A stretch of 64,000 bases of DNA. Source: an uncultured Candidatus Rokubacteria bacterium (GTDB lineage Bacteria; Methylomirabilota; Methylomirabilia; Rokubacteriales; DASRDR01). A program made the translations under genes and the position numbers. Numbering within the stretch: position 1 is the stretch's first letter; every line of letters begins with the position of its first letter. This document shows, in pieces, positions 20,801-30,529 of the stretch. A model generated the notes under the pieces. That model was not told the DNA's origin and ran no database searches. It saw only the letters and a program-made list of their open reading frames with translations. Location of the stretch: the NCBI GenBank assembly GCA_963708025.1, contig CAVPSB010000023.1, forward strand, positions 98,000 to 161,999, given 5' to 3'.

Positions 20801-22265
20801 CCACCGGCTCGCTGAGGACGTTCAGCACCTCCTCCTCCGACTCGGGATCGTGTCTCGGCTCTACCGGCGTATTCGCCCGTATCGGGACCGGCAGGTTATC
20901 TGCTTCGTCGTCACCGTGACCGGCCGGGGTAACCTCCGACGGTTTTATCGTCGAATCGCGAGTCGATTTCTCGACTTCCGAAAGCGTCAGATGGCTCGAA
21001 CGCTGGCCGCGTCAGAGGCTCTTCGGGCCTCGCGGGACATCGTCCCCGTGGGGGTCAAGGCGCTCATCGATGCCGAACGTCGGCGCCACGGTATGACCTG
21101 GGAGGCTGTCGGCCATCGAGCCGAAGTGTCCGTGCGAGCCATCTGCTCGCCGGATCGGTCGAAGCGTGGGTATCGCCGGTGGGTAATTGTCCGGCTGGCC
21201 GAAGCCTTCGACTCGCCCGCGCTCGGCGACCTCGGGACATCCGACCTCTACTGGGACCGGATCACGGCGATCGAACCGATCGGCGTTCAGCCGACGTACG
21301 ACTTGCGCATCGAGGGCGATCACAACTTCCTGGCCAACGATCTCGTCGTCCACAACTCTCATGCCGCCAGCTTCGCGCTGCTGGCCTACGCCAGCGCGTA
21401 CCTCAAGGTCCACTACCCGGCCCAGTTCTACGCCGGGCTCCTCAACAACCAGCCGATGGGCTTCTACCACCCGGCCACCCTCGTCAAGGATGCCCAGCGC
21501 CACGGGCTCGAGATCCGGCCGGTCGACGTCAGCCGCTCGGAGTGGCCGTCGACCGTCGAGGACCGCGCGGTGCGGCTCGGCCTGATGACCGTGAAGGGCT
21601 TCCGCGAGGCGGCCGGCCGGCGGCTCGAGGACGCCCGGCGGGCGCGGCCCTTCGAGTCGGTGGACGACCTCGCGGCGCGGGCCGGGCTCGTGCGGGAGGA
21701 ACTGGTCACGCTCGCCGACATCGGGGCGCTCGGCGCGCTCGGGCTCACGCGGCGGGGTGCCTTGTGGGAGGTCGAGCGCGCGGCCCGGCCCCCGGGGCCC
21801 CTCTGGAGCGGGCAGGCCAGTCTCCAGGAGCCCTCCCCGCTCCGGGAGATGACCGCGGAGGAGCGGCTCGTCGCCGACTACCGGGGAACCGAGCTGACCG
21901 TGGGGCCGCATCCCATGGCCTTCCGGCGGGCCGACCTCGCGCGGCGGGGCGTCACGCCGGCGGCCGGCCTTCGCGCGCTGCCCGATGGCGAGCCGGTCCG
22001 GGTGGCCGGGCAGGTCATCGTCCGCCAGCGCCCCGGCACCGCCAAGGGCTTCGTGTTCCTCTCGCTGGAGGACGAGACCGGCGTCGCCAACGCGATCGTC
22101 CGCCCCCCGCTCTTCGACCGCGAGCGCGCGGTCATCGTCCACGAGCCGTTCCTGCTGGTCGAGGGGACCCTCCAGCACCAGGACGGCGTCGTCTCGATCC
22201 GCGCCCGGCGCGTCTGCCCGCTGCCCCCGCTCGGCGCCCGCGTCCCCTCCCACGACTTCCGCTGA
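17895..22265 (+). CDS. dnaE2: Error-prone DNA polymerase DnaE2 (ImuC), intein-containing precursor of 1456 aa (1034 aa after splicing)
   Basis: SAFSFLEGAS PHP start, GRGSAANS, WPDIDLD, PRHLGQHSGG, QRPGTAKG, C-terminal SHDFR signature of DnaE2. Confidence 0.95.
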   Translation: MPYVELSAASAFSFLEGASQPEALAEQAAALGYPALALVDADGLYGAVRFYKAATEAGVRPLVGTALTLDDGARLPVLVETAEGYRNLCRLLTRVKFRAAKGRARARLEDLEGETGGLVCLTGGVEGPLAADLGAGRRDAARRALERLVGLFGRGRVYVELQRHCTRESELRTRRLLELAGTLRLPVVATNGVRYATPPERRVLDVFTAVRHKTTLDAAGRRLEPNLERWLKPPAEMARLFADQPAAVAETAELAARLTFTLKDLGYRFPDYPVPGGGSPGAHLRALTEAGARERYRTVTERVRRQLARELDLIETLDLAGYFLIVWDIVRECRARGILVQGRGSAANSAVCYSLGITAVDPVGMDLLFERFLSEERHEWPDIDLDLPSGDRREAIIQYVYERYGRTGAAMTANVITYQPRRAAREVGKVLGFPPDLLDRLARFLPNFEYRDPTDRDPARHLARVGLDPAHPRVRGFAELWARVQGLPRHLGQHSGGLVLCAGRLDEIVPLEPATMPGRTVVQWDKDDCADMRIVKVDLLGLGMMAVLEDALVLCREAGHDVDLAHLPPDDPAVYAALQRADTIGVFQVESRAQMATLPRLRPERFYDLVVEVAIIRPGPIVGDMVHPYLARRAGRAPVAYPHPSLAPILERTLGVPLFQEQLLRMAMVAAGFTGGEAEELRRALGFRRSEARMKAVEAKLRAGIARNGIAGEAAEEIVRAITSFAEYGFPECVVGDTRVLDADTGRRVRIDDVAAGRVPISSTLACDVHLRLQKRRVLGATASGPRMVYRLRTALGRELLATSEHPLLTMSGWRPLGELRVGDHIAAARALPGLGRKRWPRHHLIALADLIAEGNLCHPTTMYFYTTDCRQRDEFVGAVEQFDNTRATIARHRSCFSVHVRRRDRGRSNGAIEWAKTLGIWGCGAREKYLPDEVFELRDADLALLLARLWEGDGSLSSRGHATYDTASHRLAEDVQHLLLRLGIVSRLYRRIRPYRDRQVICFVVTVTGRGNLRRFYRRIASRFLDFRKRQMARTLAASEALRASRDIVPVGVKALIDAERRRHGMTWEAVGHRAEVSVRAICSPDRSKRGYRRWVIVRLAEAFDSPALGDLGTSDLYWDRITAIEPIGVQPTYDLRIEGDHNFLANDLVVHNSHAASFALLAYASAYLKVHYPAQFYAGLLNNQPMGFYHPATLVKDAQRHGLEIRPVDVSRSEWPSTVEDRAVRLGLMTVKGFREAAGRRLEDARRARPFESVDDLAARAGLVREELVTLADIGALGALGLTRRGALWEVERAARPPGPLWSGQASLQEPSPLREMTAEERLVADYRGTELTVGPHPMAFRRADLARRGVTPAAGLRALPDGEPVRVAGQVIVRQRPGTAKGFVFLSLEDETGVANAIVRPPLFDRERAVIVHEPFLLVEGTLQHQDGVVSIRARRVCPLPPLGARVPSHDFR
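20091..21356 (+). mobile_element. Intein with LAGLIDADG homing endonuclease (422 aa) in dnaE2
   Basis: YGFPE|CVVGD...ATSEHPLL (block B)...LADLIAEG and LLARLWEGDG (LAGLIDADG)...YDLRIEGDHNFLANDLVVHN|SHAASF; codon usage visibly less GC-biased. Confidence 0.95.
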
Positions 22266-22306
22266 AGTGCCCTCAGCGCGCCATCGGCACGCCATCGGCA
22301 CGACGA

Positions 22307-22335
22307 TTGACGCCGGGAGATCGCCCGGGTAGACT
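22307..22335 (+). promoter_or_regulatory. Sigma70-type promoter for the TPP riboswitch operon
   Basis: TTGACG-17 nt-TAGACT immediately upstream of the aptamer. Confidence 0.75.
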
Positions 22336-22342
22336 GGCGGCG

Positions 22343-22450
22343 GATCGCGGGAGCTCGGGCAAGCCGAGCTGAGAGGGCAGCCAGGGGACGTGGAATCTCT
22401 CGCTGCCGACCGCTGGAACCTGACCTGGGTAATGCCAGCGCAGGGAGCTC
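22343..22450 (+). ncRNA. TPP (thiamine pyrophosphate) riboswitch aptamer
   Basis: GCGGGAG...GCTGAGAG, GGCAGC/GCTGCC stem, GACCGCTGGAACCTGACCTGGGTAATGCCAGCGCAGGGAG match the THI-box consensus. Confidence 0.92.
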
Positions 22451-22454
22451 GCCG

Positions 22455-22488
22455 ACGCCGTGCCGCGACTCCGCGGTGCGGCGTTTTT
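22455..22488 (+). terminator. Intrinsic terminator of the riboswitch expression platform
   Basis: ACGCCGTGCCGCG-ACTC-CGCGGTGCGGCGT hairpin followed by a T run, upstream of SD GAGGAG. Confidence 0.75.
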
Positions 22489-22506
22489 CGTTTCGAGGAG
22501 GAGACG

Positions 22507-23391
22507 ATGACCAGACGGTTCGTGCTCGTGGTTCTGGCGCTCGGGATCGGGGCGATGCTGACCGGAGGCGTGAGCACTGCTGACGCCCAGCCGAAGTCCC
22601 TCCACCTCGTGCTGACGCCATCGCAGAAGCCGACCGACCTCCTGGTGGCCGGCGAGAAATTCGGCGTCGCGCTCGGGAAGCTGGTCGGCATTCCGGTTCG
22701 GGTGACCGTCGCCTCCGACTACGCGGCCGTGGTGGAGGCGCTCCGTAACAAGACTGCCGACCTCGCGTTCCTGCATCCTGCCGGCTACGTGCTCGCCAAC
22801 CGCGAGGCGAAGGCGATGATCATCGCCCAGGACCAGTGGCACGGCAACACGTCGTACCGGTCCCGGATCTTCGTCCGCAAGGACTCGGGGATCAAGACCC
22901 TGGAGGAGCTTCGGGGCAAGACGATCGCCTTCGTCGATCCGACGAGCACGTCGGGATACGTGTGGCCGATGGTCCTGCTCATCAAGCGCGGCCTGGTCCA
23001 GAACCGCGATCCCAAGACGTTCTTCAGGGAGGCGGTCTTCTCCGGCGCCCACGATGCCGCGCTCCAGGCCCTGCTCAATGGCCACGTCGATGCGCTCGCG
23101 TCGTTCGATCAGGCGCGCGAGCAGTACCTGAAGGACCCGGCCGAGCGCGAGAAGGTGACCTGGGTGGCCGAGACCGATCCCATCCCGGAGGGCGGCATCG
23201 CGGGCCGCGAGGGCCTCGACCCCCCGGTCGTGGCGAAGGTCAAGGCGGCGCTGCTGCAGATGCGGGGACCCGAGTATGCCCAGCTCCTCAAGGACCTCTA
23301 CGACATCGACGGCTTCGAGCCCGTCGACGACCGGATCTACGAGCCGGTCCGGGCGGCCATGGACATGCTGGGCTGGCGGCCCAAGCGGTAG
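22507..23391 (+). CDS. phnD: PhnD-family (phosphate/phosphite/phosphonate) ABC substrate-binding protein
   Basis: Signal peptide; DYAAVVEALR, Y.SRIFVRKDSGI, AFVDPTSTSGY, GAHDAAL; SD GAGGAG before ATG 22507. Confidence 0.85.
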   Translation: MTRRFVLVVLALGIGAMLTGGVSTADAQPKSLHLVLTPSQKPTDLLVAGEKFGVALGKLVGIPVRVTVASDYAAVVEALRNKTADLAFLHPAGYVLANREAKAMIIAQDQWHGNTSYRSRIFVRKDSGIKTLEELRGKTIAFVDPTSTSGYVWPMVLLIKRGLVQNRDPKTFFREAVFSGAHDAALQALLNGHVDALASFDQAREQYLKDPAEREKVTWVAETDPIPEGGIAGREGLDPPVVAKVKAALLQMRGPEYAQLLKDLYDIDGFEPVDDRIYEPVRAAMDMLGWRPKR

Positions 23392-23396
23392 CGGGC

Positions 23397-23491
23397 GGGC
23401 CGATGAGCGTCGCATCGCGTCGTCGTTCGGATGGCCTTCGGCCTGTGGGCGCTGCTCGCTCCTCGGCCCGCCCCAGAGAACTTGACTCATC
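23397..23491. repeat. Family A repeat, internally shortened copy
   Basis: GATGAGCGTCGCA...GGCCTTCGGCCTGTGGGCGCTGCTCGCTCCTCGGCCC...GAACTTGACTCATC. Confidence 0.85.
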
Positions 23492-23556
23492 TGCCGTGAG
23501 GCCGGCGGTTCAAGGAACCTGAGGACGCCGCGGCGCGACGGGTCCCGGCACCGCCG

Positions 23557-24303
23557 ATGATCGAGGTGGAGGGCCTTCGTGTCGTCCTTCCGCCGGACAC
23601 CGTGGCGCTCTACGGCGTCGACCTCACCATCGAGGCCGGCGAGCGGGTGATGATCATCGGCCGGAGCGGCGCGGGCAAGACGACCTTTCTCCGCTCGATC
23701 AACCGGCTCGTCGAGCCGACCGCCGGGACCATCCGGGTCGCCGGGCGTCCGGTGACGGGCGCCGGGCCCACCGAGCTCCGTCAGGTCCGGCGCCAGATCG
23801 GGATGATCTTCCAGCAGTTCAACCTGGTTCGCCGGGTCTCGGTGCTGACCAACGTCCTGGCCGGGCGGCTCGGCTACGTGCCGCCGCTGCCGAGCCTCCT
23901 CGGCCGCTTCCCACCGGCGGACCGGGCGCTCGCGTTGGACTGCCTGGCCCAGGTGGGGCTGGCCGACTTCGCGGACCGCCGGGCCGACACCCTCTCCGGC
24001 GGCGAGCAGCAGCGGGTAGCGATCGCTCGCGCGCTGGCCCAGTCGCCGAGCGTGATCCTGGCCGACGAGCCGACGGCGAGCCTCGACCCGCAGCTCACCG
24101 GGAGCATCATGGGAATCCTCAAGCGGATCAACGAGACGCGCGGGCTCACCCTGGTGGTGAGCCAGCACCAGCTCGAGACCGCGCTCGACTACGCCACGCG
24201 CATCGTGGGGTTCCGGGCGGGGCACGTCTGCTTCGATGGGCCGCCGGCCGGGGTCACGTCCGCGGTGGTCGAGGCCATCTACGGGGAGGAAGCGCGGAGA
24301 TGA
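23557..24303 (+). CDS. phnC: PhnC-family ABC ATP-binding protein
   Basis: [53 protein letters not shown]. Confidence 0.9.
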   Translation: MIEVEGLRVVLPPDTVALYGVDLTIEAGERVMIIGRSGAGKTTFLRSINRLVEPTAGTIRVAGRPVTGAGPTELRQVRRQIGMIFQQFNLVRRVSVLTNVLAGRLGYVPPLPSLLGRFPPADRALALDCLAQVGLADFADRRADTLSGGEQQRVAIARALAQSPSVILADEPTASLDPQLTGSIMGILKRINETRGLTLVVSQHQLETALDYATRIVGFRAGHVCFDGPPAGVTSAVVEAIYGEEARR

Positions 24304-25047
24304 CGCGCTGGCGGGCAGCGCTCCTGGTCGGCGTCGCGGCACTCGCCTGGGCTGCCTGGGACACCGGCGCCGATCCGGTGCGCTTCGTCTATGGCACCCC
24401 GTGGATGCTCGACTTCGTCCGGCGCTCGCTGCCGCCGGACTTCCGGGTGTTGAGGCCGGCCCTGGAGGGCGCCGTCAAGACGTTCGAGATCGCGCTCCTC
24501 GGCACCGCCGCCGCGGCGGCCCTCGCGGTGCCGCTCGGCTTCCTGTCGGCCCGGAACGTCGCTCCGCCGGCGCTCTTCTACCCCGCCCGGGCCGCGCTCA
24601 ACTTCCTGCGGAGCATCGACACGCTGGTGTACGCCCTCCTGTTCGTGGCGGCGGTGGGGCTGGGCCCCTTCCCCGGGGTGCTGGCCGTCGTGGCGTACAC
24701 GACGACCTCGCTGGCCAAGCTCTACTCGGAGACGATCGAGGGGATCGACCCGGGGCCCGGCGCCGCGATCACGGCGACCGGCGCGACGCGCCTGCAGGTG
24801 CTGCGCTTCGGCGTGCTGCCCCAGGTGCTGCCGCTGTTCCTCTCCTATATCCTCTACCGGCTGGAGTCGAACATCCGGGCGGCGACCGTGCTCGGGTTCG
24901 TCGGCGCGGGCGGGATCGGGTTCTACCTCCAGACCTACCTGCGCATGATCGACTACCCGGCGGCGTCGACGGTGCTGCTCGTCACCATCGTCATGGTGAT
25001 GGTGGTTGAACTTCGCCAGCTCGCGCCTCCGCGCCCGCCTCATCTAG
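24300..25047 (+). CDS. phnE: PhnE-family ABC permease; +1 frameshift at about 25009, natural stop probably TAG 25045-25047
   Basis: AVGLGPFPG, KLYSETIE, LESNIRAATVLGFVGAGGIG; deleting one A gives the usual end VDFASSRLRARLI*. Confidence 0.85.
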
Positions 25048-25065
25048 TCCTTTTCGAGGGAGCTC

Positions 25066-25140
25066 GGATCAGGTCCTCCGGCTCCCCCCTCCCCCCAGTG
25101 GGTGGGGGAGGGGGGCTGGGGGGGTGGGAGGGAGGTCTCA
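25066..25140. repeat. Family B repeat between convergent phnE and pncA
   Basis: CTCCGGCTCCCCCCTCCCCCCAGTGGGTGGGGGAGGGGGGCTGGGGGG...GGAGGGAGGT, nearly identical to 15320-15380. Confidence 0.85.
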
Positions 25141-25866
25141 AAAGTCGATGTCGGCCGACTGGATGCGCTTGACGCCGGCGCCCGTCATGTCCTGCCACGC
25201 CTTGCCCAGGGAGCCCCCGGCGTCGATGCCGCGGGTGGCGTCCTCGATGACGTAGGCCTCGAAACCGGCCTTCCGCGCGTCGAGGGCCGACCAGGCCACG
25301 CAGAAGTCGGTGGCGAGCCCCACGAAGAACGTGCGCCCGAGACCACGCTCCTTCAGATAGCCGGCCAGCCCCGTCGGCGTCTTGCCGTCGGCCTCGTAGA
25401 AGGCCGAGTACGAGTCCACCTGCTGGCGATAGCCCTTCCGGATGATGAGCTGGGCGTGCGGAATCTGGACGTCCTTGTGCAGGTCGGCCCCCGACGTTCC
25501 CTGGATGCAGTGGTCGGGCCAGAGGACCTGGGTGCCGTAGGGGAGCTGGATCGTCTCGAACGGCTTCTTGCCGGGATGCGACGACGCGAACGAGACGTGG
25601 CCTGGTGTGTGCCAGTCCTGGGTGAGCACGACGTTCGGGAAGGCCCGGCCGAGCCGGTTGACGAGGGGGATGATCTGGTCCCCTTCCTTGACCGGCAGGC
25701 TGCCGCCGGGGACGAAGCAGTTCTGGACGTCGATGACGAGCAACACGTCCTGAGCGCCCGGCTTGGTCTTGCCCTGGGCGAACGCGGCCCGGAGGCCTCC
25801 CATGCCGGTCAGGACGAGGGTGCCGGCGGCGCACGTGAGGAACTGGCGGCGAGTCGGCATGTTCAT
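25138..25866 (-). CDS. pncA: Nicotinamidase/pyrazinamidase with twin-arginine (Tat) signal peptide
   Basis: TRRQFL...AFA signal; IDVQN, TQDWH..H, WPDHC, RKG...DSYSAF, GLATDFCV catalytic motifs. Confidence 0.9.
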   Translation of the reverse strand: MNMPTRRQFLTCAAGTLVLTGMGGLRAAFAQGKTKPGAQDVLLVIDVQNCFVPGGSLPVKEGDQIIPLVNRLGRAFPNVVLTQDWHTPGHVSFASSHPGKKPFETIQLPYGTQVLWPDHCIQGTSGADLHKDVQIPHAQLIIRKGYRQQVDSYSAFYEADGKTPTGLAGYLKERGLGRTFFVGLATDFCVAWSALDARKAGFEAYVIEDATRGIDAGGSLGKAWQDMTGAGVKRIQSADIDF

Positions 25867-26012
25867 GGTGTCCTCCCCTTCCAGGTGCGCGGTGGATCAG
25901 CTAGGCCGAGAATCGATCAAAGGCCGGGCGCCGTCAAGACCTCCGTCCGGTCCTCCGTCCGGTCGGCGCCCGGCGGCGCCTGGCCCGGCCGGGAGCCCCT
26001 CCCAGCTCGCGG

Positions 26013-26201
26013 ATGGCCGTGCGGAGGGCCTCCCAGGAGGCGGCGCAGTGGGCGCTCGAGAAGGTGAAGGTCGGACATCCGACCGAGAGCCACCACGTGA
26101 TGGCCCGGGTGACGCAGTTCCAGGAGCTCGAGCGCCGGTTCATCCCGGGGGCGGCCGCCCGGCAGGGGCGGTCGGCCGGCTTCGGCGAGGCGTCGCACTA
26201 G
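26013..26201 (+). pseudogene. Probable C-terminal remnant of an isocitrate lyase directly upstream of malate synthase
   Basis: HPTESHH...FQELERRF.P...GF resembles, from memory, the C-terminus of short haloarchaeal-type isocitrate lyases; position fits aceA-aceB. Confidence 0.5.
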
Positions 26202-26360
26202 CGCCGTTCCGAGCATCGGGGCCACCGACGGACCGGCGCGCCGTGATTGGCCGTGATTGGCCTTCCCGAGCGCGCCGGTTCGTCGTATCCTCTGAAGCGA
26301 GGTCGTCCGACCATCCGGCAGGATCGCCGAACCCACACCTGTCACCGAGGAGCCGCTGCC

Positions 26361-27959
<1,599 letters not shown>

Positions 27960-28090
27960 GATCGTCGCGGGCCCTCGGGAGCCCCGATGCCCCCCCTCGG
28001 GGTTCGCGGCTCGGCGTGGAACGCCACGCCCGAGCCGGCGCCGGCCTTGGATCGGGCCGGGCCCGCCCGCGTGGTACAATCGCCCGCGTC

Positions 28091-29668
28091 ATGCCGTGGC
28101 TCGTCGTCAACGAGGAAGGTGAGGCTCCCCGCGTCCTCGAGATCGCGGCCAGCCCGTTCCGCATCGGCCGCCGGGCCGGGAACGATCTGGTCCTGTCGGA
28201 CTACGGGGCCTCCCGCGACCACAGCCGCATCGAGCAGAGCGGCACGGACTGGCGGCTGGTCGACCTCGGCGCGGCCAACGGCACCTACCTGAACGGCCGG
28301 CGTCTCCCGGCGAACAACCCGGAGCCCCTCGATCCGGGCGACGAGATCCAGATCGGGCGGGCCCGGCTCCACTTCTTCGAGAAGCCCCCCGGGACGGCGG
28401 TGATCGACCCCAGCACCCCCGATCTCGCCGACGCGACGCGCATGATGGCGACCGACCGGCTGCCGAGCTTTGCGCGGAGCCCGGACGTGGTCCGCGCCCT
28501 CGAGCAGGTGGCGCTCCCCAAGAAGGTCGAGTACTTCACGGTGCTGCACGAGCTGGCCAAGATGCTGCTCGGCGCCACTGAGCTACGGGAGATCGGCCGC
28601 ACGGCGCTCGACCTGCTCTTCCGGGTGTTGCCGGTCGAGCGGGGGGCGATCGCCCTGGTCGGGGCCGGGGAGTCGGGCCTGGCCACCCTGGTCGAGCAAC
28701 GGCGGAAGGGCGACGAGCAGGTGACGATCAGCCAGACCATCGCCAACTGGGTGCTCCGCGAGCGGGTGGCGGTCATCACCTCCGACGCCCGGCACGATCC
28801 CCGGTTCCAGCGCGGCGAGAGCATCCACATGTACCACATCCGCTCGGCCATGTGCGTGCCGCTCTGGTCGGAGACGGACACGCTCGGGGTCATGTACCTG
28901 GACAACCTCTACGAGGCGCATCCCTTCACCGAGGAGGAGCTGGAGCTCGTCGCCGCCGTCGCCAACCAGGTCGCCATCGGCATGCGCCAGATCCGGCTGA
29001 CCGACCAGCTCCGGGACGAGGCGGTCATCCGGGCCAACCTGGCCGGCTACCACTCCCCCGATGTCGTGGAGATGATCCTGCAGAAGTCGCTCGGCGGCCG
29101 GAGCGTGAGCATCGAGGTGACCGAGCAGGTGGTGACCGTCCTCTTCTGCGACATCGTCGGCTTCACCTCGATGTCCGAGCGGCTGACGGCGGGCGAGGTG
29201 GCCGGCTTCCTCAACACGTTCTTCGACCGGATGACCCGCACGATCTTCAGCTTCAAGGGCTCCGTCAACAAGTACATCGGGGACGCCATCATGGCGATCT
29301 TCGGCGCCCCGCTGCCCATGGGCAACCACAGCGAGCAGGCGGTCCGGGCCGCGCTCGCGATGCAGGCCGAGGCCGAGAGCATCCAGCCGGGCCTGCCCGC
29401 CGACCAGCGGTTCAAGGTCCGGATCGGCGTGAACACCGGCCGCGTGGTCGTCGGGAACATCGGCTCCGCCCAGCGCATGGAGTTCACGGTCCTGGGCGAT
29501 CCGGTCAACGTGGCCCAGCGGCTGGAGTCGATCTGCAAGCCGGGCAAGGTGTACGTGGGGGAGGAGACGTACGAGGCGACGGAGCGGCTGTTCCAGTTCA
29601 AGGACCTCGGCGCCACCTCTCTGAAGGGCCGGCAGCGGCCGCTGCGGGTCTACGAGGTGGTGGCCTGA
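28091..29668 (+). CDS. FHA-GAF-class III adenylate cyclase
   Basis: FHA IGRRAGND...SRDH...NGTYLNG; GAF IRSAMCVPL; cyclase FCDIVGFT, KYIGDAIMA, FTVLGDPVNVAQRLE; -10 TACAAT at 28075. Confidence 0.9.
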   Translation: MPWLVVNEEGEAPRVLEIAASPFRIGRRAGNDLVLSDYGASRDHSRIEQSGTDWRLVDLGAANGTYLNGRRLPANNPEPLDPGDEIQIGRARLHFFEKPPGTAVIDPSTPDLADATRMMATDRLPSFARSPDVVRALEQVALPKKVEYFTVLHELAKMLLGATELREIGRTALDLLFRVLPVERGAIALVGAGESGLATLVEQRRKGDEQVTISQTIANWVLRERVAVITSDARHDPRFQRGESIHMYHIRSAMCVPLWSETDTLGVMYLDNLYEAHPFTEEELELVAAVANQVAIGMRQIRLTDQLRDEAVIRANLAGYHSPDVVEMILQKSLGGRSVSIEVTEQVVTVLFCDIVGFTSMSERLTAGEVAGFLNTFFDRMTRTIFSFKGSVNKYIGDAIMAIFGAPLPMGNHSEQAVRAALAMQAEAESIQPGLPADQRFKVRIGVNTGRVVVGNIGSAQRMEFTVLGDPVNVAQRLESICKPGKVYVGEETYEATERLFQFKDLGATSLKGRQRPLRVYEVVA

Positions 29669-29742
29669 TGGCCGCGCATTCGTTGACAGAACCGTTTCCG
29701 ACATGCCACAATCGACGCGCTTAGGCCCGCACGGGAACCAGG

Positions 29743-30501
29743 ATGCTCATCGCGCACGGTGAGTCCGACATCGGCAAGCGGCGAAAGATCAATGAAGACA
29801 GCATCTTCGCCGCCAATGGCCTGTTCGTGGTCTGTGACGGGATGGGGGGGCACAAGGCCGGCGAGGTGGCCTCCGGCCTGGCGGTCGAGGTGATCTCCCA
29901 GTTCGTGGAGCGCTCGGACGAGGACCGCGAGCTGACCTGGCCATTCGGCTTCAACCCTCAGGTCTCCTTCAACGGGAACCGGCTCCGCACCGCGATCAAG
30001 CTCGCCAACCGGGCCGTCTACCGCCAGGCCAACTCCCGCGAGGCGTACACCGGTATGGGGACGACGGTGGTGGCCGCGCTGATCTCCTCGCTCAAGGCCC
30101 GGATGACCTACGCCAACGTCGGGGACAGCCGCATCTACCTGGTCCACGAGGGGGCGATCGCGCAGCTCACGCGCGACGACTCGTGGGCCAACCTGGCGTG
30201 GAGCGAGAACCCGGACGACGACCCCACCTCGACTGGCGGGATGAAGAACATCCTGACCAAGGCGCTGGGCGCCCGGGACGACGTCGAGTTCGACGTCGTA
30301 GACCAGACCCTCCAGGAAGGCGACACGGTGGTGCTCTGCTCCGACGGCTTGACGAACATGCTCGCCGACCCGCGCATCCTCGAGGTGATCGCGGCCCACC
30401 CCAACGATCTTCCGGGCGCCTGCCGCCAACTCGTCGCCGAGGCCAATGGCCAGGGTGGCCGCGACAATATCAGCGTGATCCTCGTCGAATACCGGCGCTG
30501 A
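29743..30501 (+). CDS. PP2C-family Ser/Thr phosphatase (Stp1/PrpC-like)
   Basis: RKINED, VCDGMGGH.AGE.AS, GMGTT, NVGDSRIY, LCSDGL, GGRDNIS. Confidence 0.95.
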   Translation: MLIAHGESDIGKRRKINEDSIFAANGLFVVCDGMGGHKAGEVASGLAVEVISQFVERSDEDRELTWPFGFNPQVSFNGNRLRTAIKLANRAVYRQANSREAYTGMGTTVVAALISSLKARMTYANVGDSRIYLVHEGAIAQLTRDDSWANLAWSENPDDDPTSTGGMKNILTKALGARDDVEFDVVDQTLQEGDTVVLCSDGLTNMLADPRILEVIAAHPNDLPGACRQLVAEANGQGGRDNISVILVEYRR

Positions 30502-30529
30502 GCGCGCCGGCGTCGCCGTCTCCGCCGCC

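Noticed and set aside
22390-22506. N-terminal extension of PhnD in the ORF track
   Set aside because: This is the riboswitch and terminator; the SD and signal peptide indicate ATG 22507
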